The position numbers were made by a program, and so were the translations under genes. DNA of 64,000 bases from Chiloscyllium plagiosum. Taxonomy: Eukaryota. Shown here piece by piece: positions 54,138 through 64,000 of the stretch. The stretch covers positions 76,537,057-76,601,056 of the forward strand of contig NC_057718.1 in assembly GCF_004010195.1 (NCBI RefSeq), read 5' to 3'. Under the pieces are notes generated by a model. It worked only from the letters and a program-made list of their open reading frames with translations, had not been told where the DNA came from and made no database searches. Every line of letters starts with the position of its first letter. Position 1 is the first letter of the stretch.

Positions 54138-55049
54138 CAATGTCGAAAATAGCCTTACAACTAAAATTACATTATATTCAAACCCAGCCAATTATCGTTC
54201 TATGTCTCCTCTTGATTGTCATTAAAGTGTTTAAAAGGGGATATTTGCAGCTTTATAAAGCAGCACTTCATCATCAATAACCTGTTTACTGATGCCCAGT
54301 TTGTGTTCCACCAAGACCACTCACTCCTGATCTCATTACAGCATTGGTCCAAACATGGACAGAAGTGCCGAATTCCAGAAGCAAGGTGAGGGTGACTGTC
54401 CTTGACATTAATAACAAATTTGATCAAACGTGGCATCAAGGAACCCAAGCAAATCTAAAACAATATGAATCAAGTGGAAAACTCTCTGCTGGTTGGAGTC
54501 ATCCCTGTTACATGAGAAGATGGCTGTGGTTGTTGAAAGTCAGTCATCTCAGCTGCAGAACATCTCTTCAGGAGTTCCTCAGAATAGTATCCTAGGCCCA
54601 ACTATCTTCAGCTGCTTCATCAATGGCCTTGCCTCCATAAGGTCAGAATTGAGAATGTGTAATCATCAATGAACAATGTTTAGCATTGATCATGGCTGCT
54701 CAATGTTGAAGCAGTCCATGTTCAAATGAAGCAAGACATGGACAATATCCAGGCTCAGGCTGACATTTCCAACAAAATAATCTAATTGTCACTCCTTGAT
54801 ATTGAATGCTAATACCTTCACTAAATCCGCTCACTACCAGCATCCTACTGGTCACCATTAACCAGAAACAGAACTGAACTAACTATATAAATACTAACCG
54901 TATAAAATGGCTCAGTATTCTGCAGCGAGTAACTTGGCTTCTGACTCCCCAAATGCTATCTACCATCTAAAAGGCGCAAGTCAGGAGTGTGATAAAAATG
55001 ACTTGCTTGAATTAATGAAGCTTCAAGAACGTTCAAGAAGCAATCGACA

Positions 55050-55495
55050 TTGACTCTACCAAGGACGTGCAAGTCCTGGGTCTCCTCCACTGCCAAATCC
55101 TAGCCATCTGACGCCAGGGGGGAAAATGCCTCATCTTCCGCCTTGGGACACTCCAACCACACAGGATCAATGTCGATTTCACCAGTTTCCTGATCTGCCC
55201 TCATCCCCCCCCACCTTATCCCAGATCCAACTCTCCAACTTGGCACCACGTTCTTGAACTGTCCACCTTCCTTCCCACCTATCCGCTCCACACTCCACTC
55301 TGACCTATCGCCATCACCCCCTACTTTCATCTATCTATACCTTCCCCCCAGCCCCACCCCCCGTCCCAATTATCTCTCAGACCCCTTGTCACACCATCCC
55401 CACACATCCCTAATGAAGAGCTTCTGGTTGAAGCGTCAACTCTCCTGCTCCTCAGATGCTGCCTGACCGGCTGTGCTTTTCCAGCACCACACACC
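55050..55495 (+). mobile_element. PLE 3' fragment (endonuclease C-terminus plus decayed family A terminus)
   Basis: CLIFRLGTLQP...IDF remnant followed by ctaatgaagagc...gaagcgtcaactctcctgctcc. Confidence 0.8.
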
Positions 55496-56333
55496 TAGGG
55501 TAAAGCAGCCCTCTTGATTGGCACCACATCCACAAATATTGACCTGCTCCCACCAGTGATGTACATGTGCAGCAATGTGTACCACCTACAAGGTGCACTG
55601 CAGAAATTTGCCAACGTTCATTCCACAGCACCTACCAACCGCAGTGCAACAAATATATAGAATACCACCAATTTTCCCTGTAAGGCACTCACCATACTGA
55701 CTTTGAAATATATGGCAATTTTTCAGTATTGCTGGGTTAACATCTTAGAACTTCCTCCCTAACAACATTGCAGCATTTCAAGAAGGTAGCTTATCACCAC
55801 CTTCTCAAGGGCTACTAGGGACAGGTAATAAATGCTAGTCCAACTAATGAAGCCTGCATCCAGTAATGAATTAAAAGAAAGATCAAATAGCCAACGACAA
55901 ATAAAATTTTTGTCAATAATTTCCCCATGTTACAACAATGTTTTAACTTAGATGGTGGCAGTATTGTTCCATAAAATGTGAAAATCCACACTCTATTATA
56001 TTTCACAGGTCAGTGCCTACTTCCCCCTCTGAGACAATGGGTTAATATACTGTCTGATGTGATGATAGCCACAGAACCTGGATGGTGCTGCCTGTCCCTT
56101 AATAGCATGGTTGATCTTATCAAAGATCAGCACAGCCTCAGCATTGCTGAATGAAGAAAGATGATCAGTTGGGGTTCTCGTTCCTTGTTGATTTTAACAG
56201 GTCTTTCGCTGGAAGGTCTGCTAGTGTGGATGATGGAGAATTGTATCAGGATTGACTATAATTCATTCAAGAGGTAATCTGATAGGTTAGGGCAGTCCAG
56301 CCTGATTTTAATGAATCTACCCTGTATCTGCAG

Positions 56334-56512
56334 TTGGATTTGCTGGTGGAGAAGCACAGAGAGACATATCGGCGTATGTTGGAACAATTACTTCTGGCTG
56401 AGAAGTGTCACAGGCGTACTGTGTATGAACTGGAGAATGAGAAACACAAGCACACAGACTATATGAACAAGAGCGATGACTTTACCAACCTCCTTGAACA
56501 AGATCGAGAGAG
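56334..56512 (+). CDS. FILIP1: Next internal coding exon of FILIP1
   Basis: Acceptor ctgtatctgcag|TTG and donor AG|gtaagg; 179 bp. Translates [60 protein letters not shown], in frame with the previous exon and near-identical to FILIP1 as I recall it. Confidence 0.92.
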
Positions 56513-58535
56513 GTAAGGATGAAGTGAACTTAGTCTCTCGTTGTACAATTAATAGCAACAAATCATTGATGACATGATGTATAAAATAGCCAGAGAAGTA
56601 TTACATTTCTGTAACACAGCAAATGTTTTTTTTCAGAAATTGTATACCGTGACAGCTAAGCGTATGATTGAATAATTAGCACATTTGAACTACAAAGCTG
56701 CTGGTGATTGTGGCTAACTCTCCATTTGAGACACAAGATAACTTTTTGTAGAAGTTTCAAGAAAACAGAATGACTTGCTTTTCATGGCTCTTTTCACTTT
56801 GATACTTGCTGCCATGCTGTGAATTTGGAGGAAAGAAATCACATAAGAGGAAATAGACCCACACTACTTAGAGCAGACATGCATGCGCAAATACAATTTA
56901 CTGTCTATATGCAAAATATTAACACTTAAAAATCACTTCCACCTCCAATGATCAGAGAGGCTACAGTTGAAGTAAATTATATGATCTGTAATAAAATAGC
57001 TGAAACACAATAAAAATTCCGCTCTGTCAGGACCCAATCAAGACGAGCATTCAAATTACCATACATCGAGACACGACTACGTTATTACAAACTGCATGCA
57101 CTCAACAAATGATTTAATCTTTTGATCGACTATAGGCATGGAAATTCCTGAAAAGTAATGGAGCTCACTTTTGGCTTTGATCAATTTGCTTAAAATAAAC
57201 ATGTTGGCCACCATAATCTGCAGCTTTGAAATTAACATTTGCGCAAAGGATAATGGTTATTGTATTTTTGCCAATGGTCCATTTTAAATGAAAGAAAACT
57301 ATTGTGGATATCAAAACTCCAAAATAAAACAGTAAATTCTGGAAGTAGTGAAAATCAGGAACAATGGACGAACAAACAGAATTTGCATTTAAGATGATGG
57401 ACTTTCATCAGAACTGGGACCCCCACACTGCTCTTCAAATAAAGAGGTGCGACACTTTACACCCACTTGAAAAAGAAGGTGGAGTTTTACTTTCGTTTCT
57501 GAAAGACAGCACCTCCAAAAGTGCAATATTTCCTGACATGAGCCATCTGTTCTTATTATAATAGATAAGCTATTTTAGTTTAGTAAAACCAGTTTTGATC
57601 AGTAATTATGTTGCTGGATTGCGACCACATTTTCCTGGCTCTATGAATGATGTTGTGATAATCTGATACTTCTTTTCCTGGAGATTGAATAATAAAACTC
57701 AACTTCTGCACTAAGAACCTCAGTTTCGTGAGGAATGTTCAACTTTCTCTAAAAAGCTGAATTTTACCAAATGGACCAAGAGACAAAGAGGGCAGGAGGA
57801 AGGTGTCAAAGAGATAGCCCAAAATCCTCTCGTAGACATGGCATATTATCAGCAATGGGAACCTGGGTGGTGTAGCTGTCCGCAAATGAGTTATTGTGTG
57901 CTCAATCGATCAAGGGCTTCTTCTCACTATGGCTCCTCTTTACTCCATCTTGGTAGAGTGAATGCTGTCAGATAAAACCTGACAAATTCTCAATGGTACC
58001 AATCTGCCAGTATTTCCTTTATGCTCACAAGATAGTGACACTTAAGTTTGTCTCCTGGCTCCAATTTGCCAACCTTCCTACCGCTGGCAAAATGACATAA
58101 TGGCAGTGAGGCATTAAGCACCTCCAATGTCTTCACATGCCAATAGGCCAACGTTCCACTCCCTACCATCACTAAAGAGCTGGCAAAACTGTGGTCATTG
58201 ATCTCAACGTGGGTAATGGAATCATCACTTTAGATCTAAGACAGACAAACCAGGATATTTACCTAACAATGAAGGATTAGAAACTATGGAGGAGTAAAGA
58301 GATTCTGTAGTCAAGGTTAAAAACTCACTCACAGCTTGTACATAGTAAAAACAGTAATCAAAAAGCTGATGAAGTGTTGGCCTTTTTGTCAAGGGGGTTG
58401 AACTATAAAAATGAAAATGTTTCAGTTGTGTAAGGGTTGATCAGACCCTACCTGGATTTATTTTCTGTGCCTCAGGAAGGATGTATTAGCTTTGGAGAGG
58501 ATGCTGCACAGATTCCCTGGCATGATATCAGATAG

Positions 58536-58691
58536 GAGAAAGTGAGGACTGCAGATGCTGGAGATCAGAGCTGGAAAAGCAACAGGTCAGGCAGCATCCA
58601 AGGAGCAGGAGAATTGACGTTTCGGACATGAGCCCTGAAGAAGGGCTCATGCCCGAAACGTTGATTCTCCTGCTCCTTGGATGCTGCCTGA
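58536..58691. mobile_element. Fold-back mini-PLE (family A) with intact hammerhead core at 58635-58662
   Basis: 15-bp TSD CATGATATCAGATAG (58521-58535, 58692-58706); CTGAAGA-A-GGGC(TCAT)GCCC-GAAAC-GTT. Confidence 0.85.
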
Positions 58692-58725
58692 CATGATATC
58701 AGATAGTAAAAGGTTAAGTTATAAG

Positions 58726-58924
58726 ACATGATTTGGAGATGCCGGTGTTGGACTGGGGTGTACAAAGTTAAAAATCACACAATGCCAGGTTATAGTCCAA
58801 CAGGTTTAATTAGAAGCACACTAGCTTCAGATTGGTACCATTGATGAAGGAGCGACTCTCTGAAGCTAGTGTGCTTCTAATTAAACCTGTTGGACTATAA
58901 CCTGGTGTTGCGTGATTTTTAACA
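58726..58924. mobile_element. Fold-back element, family C (probable PLE terminus), decayed hammerhead in the loop
   Basis: 12-bp TSD TTAAGTTATAAG (58714-58725, 58925-58936); about 64-bp inverted arms gttaaaaatcac...ctagcttcaga; loop contains tTGATGA-A-GGAG(cgact)CTCT-GAAGCTA. Confidence 0.75.
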
Positions 58925-60269
58925 TTAAGTTATAAGGACAGCTTGATGGTCATATTCCCTTAAATTTAGTAAGTTGACAGGTGGAGAAATCCATAACAAT
59001 CTGTAATCTTAAAATGACAACTGGACCATTCAAGAGTGAATCAGGAAGCACTACTTTTTCAAAAACAGTACTGAAAATCTGGAATCTGTTTCTTCCAAAA
59101 GGCTGTGGCAACAGGATCTGTTGAATGTTTCAATCTTTACATTGTGAAGTCAGGGTGGATAAATTGAGTTCAATATCAGCCATGATCTAATTGAATAACA
59201 AACTAGGCTTAAGGGGTTGACTGCTGTTTGCGATCCACTAGACTTATCTTGTTAAATTTCACCTTGGTAACACATGATCAGTACTTAATTTACCTGATTT
59301 TCTGGCCTACTTAGTTCAGTATTGTTAGTCTTCAGCATTGTAAACCTCTCTCAACTAGATTTCTCAACAGAAGTAATGCAGGTAGGTGCCCTGCTTGAAA
59401 GGTGTGTGTTATGTAGACTCTACTAAATGTACTTTCCAAAGCTAGGCTGAACTTTCAAATATTCCAGAAGAAGACAAAGAAAATTCTTTGAAGACACTCT
59501 GATGCTGTCCTTGAAGCATGTTGGCAGTAAGCTCAATAACTGGGAGGAACCTGACATTTTTAGAATGGTGACAACTTATTCACCAAACTGCATCACACTT
59601 TCAGTCTCAATGCATTAACAATAAAACAGAACAGTGGCAGAAAAAGAAAGGAAGCGAATCTTGCATCCTGGATTCTATGACCTTCCGGGACACCCTGCCC
59701 CATGAGCTTGAAGATCTGTGGATTAAGAATCAACCTGTTCAATCACAAGAAGATCAATGTGCAGCACTGAGTAAACATCACCTTGAAACTGAGGGACAGA
59801 CTCAGGCATTACTGGATGAATGTAATGTGAATTGAGCAAGATCTCATCATTGGATAATATTATTGAGTATTATGACATTGTATGTTTGGGATAGAAAACA
59901 ATTGTAAAATTATTGCATTCCCACCAGCTTAACCTAAAATATTAATTGTTTAACAATATCCAAATCTATCTGGAATAAAACAATAAAAAAAGTTGCGCTG
60001 CATTATCTACAGTACTTATTTCTGTAACACTTTCCTGTTATTCTATGTCCATTGAATTATTTTTTCAGTCAGACTTGTTCCACTTGTCTATCACACTCGA
60101 ATTGTAGCTATGTATTGTTCTTGGCTGTCATTGAGTCTATGAGATTTTTCTCCAGGATAAGGCCACTGTGACACAGATTGCTTCAGCGTCATACTACCTT
60201 GTTGCCTGTTCTGTTGTCACGAACCCATTGCCTTTGCCTCCTTTCTCCTCACACTGACATATTTTCATG

Positions 60270-60740
60270 TTATAGAGTCGTAAAGTTATACAGCATGGAA
60301 ACAGACCCTTCGGCCCAACCAGTCCATGCCGAACATAACCTCAAATGAAACTAATCCCACCTGCCTGCTCCTGCCCCATATCTTTCCAAACCTTTTCTAT
60401 TCATGTATCCATTCAAATGTCTTTTAAATGTTGTAATTACTCCCTCATCCACCACTTCCTCTGTGTAAAAAGATTGCCTTTCATGTTTTTTTTTAAATCT
60501 CTCTTCTTTCATCTTGAAAATGACCCCCAGTCTTGAAATCCCTCATCCTAGAGAAAAGACAACCACCATTAACTCTATTTGTACTTCTCATTATTTTATA
60601 AACTTTTATCAGATTGCCTCTCAACCTCCTACGCACCTGTGAGGAAAGTCCCAACCTATCCAGCCCTTCTTTATAACTCAAACTTTCCATACCCGACAAC
60701 ATCCTGGAAATCTCTTCTGAACCCTCTCCAGCTTCTGCTT
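60270..60740 (-). mobile_element. CR1/HER1-like LINE 3' end
   Basis: RMLSGMESLSYKEGLDRLGL...RRLRGNLIKVYKIMR. Confidence 0.8.
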
Positions 60741-61021
60741 GTTGCCTCTCCCCTCTGTCTCTCCAACTGAGGGAAATCTTTTGCTTGGGTGGTCCAGCTA
60801 ACTTTGCTGTTAATTGTCTCAGACTTCCAAAAGAGTACTCTTGAGTCCTCCTCTCCCAAAGTCTGTAACTGATCAACCTTTTGGAAGAGTCTCTCTTGAT
60901 CACTAGAATAATACATCCTACCAATGTTCAGTCCTTCCAAACCCTATAACTCATTAATCACAATTCCTACTCATCTCATTAGGTTTCCACTCCGCCTTGT
61001 TTCCATACTCGCCACCACTAT

Positions 61022-61354
61022 GGGCGGCATGGTGGCTCAATGGTTAGCATGCTGCCTCACAGCACCAGGAACTCAGGTTCGATCCCAGCCTTGGCGACTG
61101 TCTGTGTGGAGTTTGCACATTCTCCCCGTGTCTGTGTGGGTTTCCTCTGGGTGCTCTGGTTTCCTCCCACAATCCAAAGATGTGTAGGTTAGGTGAATTG
61201 GCCATGCGAAATTGCCCATAGTGTTCAGTGTTGTATAGGTTAGGTGCATTAGTTAGGGGCAAAAATATAGGGTCCTGTGAGTTACTCTTTGCAGAGTTGG
61301 TGCGGACTTGTTGGGCCGAAGGGCCTGTTTCCACACTGTACAGATTCTATGATT
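61022..61354 (+). mobile_element. tRNA-derived SINE (HE1-like subfamily, attctatg tail)
   Basis: A and B boxes and central domain as in the other copies. Confidence 0.88.
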
Positions 61355-62205
61355 CACTATCACAATTCTGTCAGACTCAATAGTTCTGTGGTTAACATGG
61401 AGACACATTTAGATTTGGCTAGGACAGAAATTCAGAAGTAAATTCTACATTATTGTCAGAGGCATTTATATTCTTTTTTTCAACACAACCACTTAAATAT
61501 CATTTTACTTCTGGATTCATCATGGATTCTGTGGCAGCGGGTCTACTGAACACAACATGACATTAGATTAACTTCAATATTTAGTGGGCCAATCCAATCA
61601 CAGAATTTGGAAAACACTGGAAGCAGGAAAAGATTGGCTTTGACAATCGATTCAGGATGAACAAAGATTGCATCCTGTTTAATACACGCATCCTGTTTAA
61701 TACACACCCCTTCTGGAGACAATAGGAATCAATAAGGAGAGAGAACCCGGTGCTTTTGCAAAGTGTGCCCAGGAGGTCAATAGCAGGAGTATTGTGTTTT
61801 TTTTTCTCAAAAATATACTTTATTCATAAATAATTTGATGGTCTGTACAATTGGTCATGCGTCGTGGTCAACTCCTTCAGCTGGAAGATCAGCAGGTTTC
61901 GGATCACCCAGATAGCGTCCTTCACCGAGTTGCTGATCCTCCAGGCACAGTTGATGTTCGTCTTGGTGTGCGTCCCGGGGAACAGGCCGTAGAGCACGGA
62001 GTCCCGCGTCACGGCGCTGCTCGGGACGAACCTCGACAAACACCACTGCATTCCTCTCCAGACTTCCTCTGCATAGGCACATTCCAGAAGGAGGTGTGTG
62101 ACAGTCTCGTCTCCCCCCGCAGCCGCTTCGAGGGCAGCGTGCGGTGCGGCTGAGAGTCCGGGCGTGCATAGAGGATCTCACAGGCAGAGCCCTTCTCACC
62201 ACCAG

Positions 62206-62256
62206 GAGAAAGTGAGGTCTGCAGATGCTGGAGATCAAAGTCTGCAGATGCTGGAG
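62206..62256 (-). mobile_element. 51-bp PLE family A extreme terminus inserted into the Tx1 element
   Basis: 8-bp TSD ACCACCAG (62198-62205, 62257-62264); GAGAAAGTGAGGTCTGCAGATGCTGGAGATCAAAGTCTGCAGATGCTGGAG. Confidence 0.8.
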
Positions 62257-62953
62257 ACCACCAGCCAAGCCATGTCTTGGTGCTTGTTGGAAAGTTCTGG
62301 CGATGAGGCATTCTGCCAAATGGCTTTGACAGTTTGCTCAGGGATCCGCTCGATAGGATCCGCCCTCTCCTTTTCCCACAGGGTCTCAAGGACACTATGT
62401 GCTGACCACTTCCTAATGGACTTGTGGTCAAAGGTGTTTTTCTTCATAAACTTCTCCACGAAGGACAGGTGATACGGAACGGTCCAACTACTCAAAGCAT
62501 TCCGTGGCAGCGAGGCCAGGCCCATCCTTCGCAACACCGGGGATAGGTAGAAACTCAGTACGTAGTGACACTTGGTGTTTGCGTACCGGGGATCCACGCA
62601 CAGCTTGATGCAGCCACACACAAAGGTGGCCATCAGGGTGAGGGTAGCATTGGGTGTATTTTTACCCCCGTTGTCCAGATCTTTATACAGTGAGTCCCTT
62701 CGGACCCCGTCCATCTTTGACCTCCATATAAACTGGAAGATGGCCCAGTTGACTGCAGCGGCACAGGTTCTGGGAATAGGCCAGACCTGTGCCACGTATA
62801 ACAGCAATGACAGTGCCTCACACCTGATGACCAGGTTTTTTCCCGCGATGGAGAGCGACCGTAGCTTCCATCTGCCCAGTTTCTGCCTCACTTTGCTGAT
62901 ACGCTCCGACCCTAGAGCAGACCTGACCCGGTTGGCGATTACCTTTGACAGAA

Positions 62954-63170
62954 TTTTGTAATCTGCATTCAACAGTGAGATTGGTCTCCAATTTTTGAGT
63001 TCCTCCCTCTCCGCCTTCCGCTTGTAGACAAGGGTGATGATGCCTTTCCTCATGGATTCACTTTTTGTAATCTGCATTCAACAGTGAGATTGGTCTCCAA
63101 TTTTTGAGTTCCTCCCTCTCCCCCTTCCGCTTGTAGATGAGGGGATGATGCCTTTCCTCATGGATTCACT
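62954..63170. repeat. Tandem duplication (109 bp and 108 bp units) inside the Tx1 RT
   Basis: ttttgtaatctgc...ggattcact at 62954-63062 and 63063-63170, with a few differences. Confidence 0.9.
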
Positions 63171-64000
63171 CATGGTACCTGCCCGAAGCATACTGACATA
63201 CACCTCCAGCAGGTCCTGGCCAATCAAGTCCCACAGAGCGGAATAGAGCTCGACCGGTAAGCCGTCGCTTGCGGGAGTTTTATTCTTTTTGAAGGACTCG
63301 AGGGCCTCGGTCAGCTCATCCAGAGATAACGGCTGGTCCAGCCTCTCCCGTGTTCTGTCGTCTAAGACCTCCGTGATAGAGGACAGGAACGACTGGGAGG
63401 CCGCGCTGTTGATCGGCTTCGCGTCATACAGACTGGCGTAGAAGGATTTACTGATCCTCATGACGTCAGCCTGAGATGACGTTAGCGAGCCATCTTCTTC
63501 CTTCAGGCTGCTGAGCACAGAGCTCTCTTTGTACACCTTCTGGAAGAAGAAATGTGAGCACGTCTCGTCCTGCTCCACCGAGCGGACCCTGGACCGGAAG
63601 ATTATCTACAGCTTTGTGTTCAGCTTCCACGTTCCCCTACCTGCCCGCTGCTCGTCCTGTAGGTGACAGTCGGCCAGCAGGAGGCAGTGGTCGGAGAAGA
63701 ACACCGGCTTGACGTCGGTGGATCTGACCGAGAGCGTTCGGGACACAGACAGGTAATCTATCCTTGAGCGGATAGATCCATCTGCCCGTGACCCAGTCTG
63801 CAGGGGCGCTGAAGACGTCGTGCGGCTTGGCATCTTTTACCGTGTCCATCAGGGCTCTGGACGTGGTGTCCAGTTTACTGTCCCCCCCGCCGGATCGTCC
63901 ATCTGCATCAATGATACAGTTGACGTCTCCGGCCAGAATGACCGGCCTGGACGTAGCCAGCAACAGTGGAAGCTGCTGCAGGATGGCCAACCGTTCACTC

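Larger units (their letters stand above)
53420..55865 (+). mobile_element. Decayed second-family CR1-clade LINE with nested PLE pieces
   Basis: VRVTVLDINNKFDQTWHQG and downstream RT remnants; tail homologous to 22670-23000. Confidence 0.65.
58260..59230 (+). mobile_element. Decayed CR1 LINE 3' end hosting two mini-PLEs
   Basis: Residual aggaaggatgtattagctttggagagg, tggaatct..cttccaaaaggctgtgg and cagccatgatctaattgaat tail. Confidence 0.6.
61797..64000 (-). mobile_element. Tx1/L1-clade non-LTR retrotransposon, internally deleted (runs off the window)
   Basis: APE motifs VILAGDVNC, SRIDY, FFSDH, WKLN; RT start KNKTP.SDGLPVELY, KNWRPISLLNADYKI; C-terminal CPRSGCG...H; minus-strand AATAAA at 61819-61824 and poly(A) at 61797-61805. 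Confidence 0.9.

Noticed and set aside
6053..58691. CRISPR-like array or DNA-transposon MITE interpretation of the palindromic repeats
   Set aside because: Copies are dispersed without spacers. Arms are asymmetric with one fixed end, TSDs vary from 7 to 15 bp, and the sequence is the tail of GIY-YIG PLEs.

Overview
Eukaryotic, repeat-dense genomic DNA. The repeat content (HE1-like tRNA SINEs, HER1/CR1 LINEs, many Penelope-like elements) points to a cartilaginous fish, probably a shark; this is an inference. The only host coding sequence I can support is two internal + strand exons of a FILIP1-type gene (37769-37942, 174 bp; 56334-56512, 179 bp). The rest is most likely intron, filled with CR1 LINE fragments, SINEs, solo LTRs, an internally deleted Tx1/L1-clade element and Penelope-like element (PLE) debris. 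The most striking signal is a swarm of short (about 50-200 bp) PLE-terminus insertions. Most have 7-15 bp target-site duplications (TSDs), many fold back into long palindromes, and most carry a minimal hammerhead-ribozyme core (CUGANGA-N-stem II-GAAAC-GUH). Up to four sequence-distinct families keep this core layout with different stem II sequences. Two other oddities: a retroposon tail at about 10 kb whose stacked 3' transductions record repeated use of the same target motif, and a 183-bp YY1-motif element bracketed by a 153-bp direct repeat. All family names come from my recognition of motifs, not from database searches.
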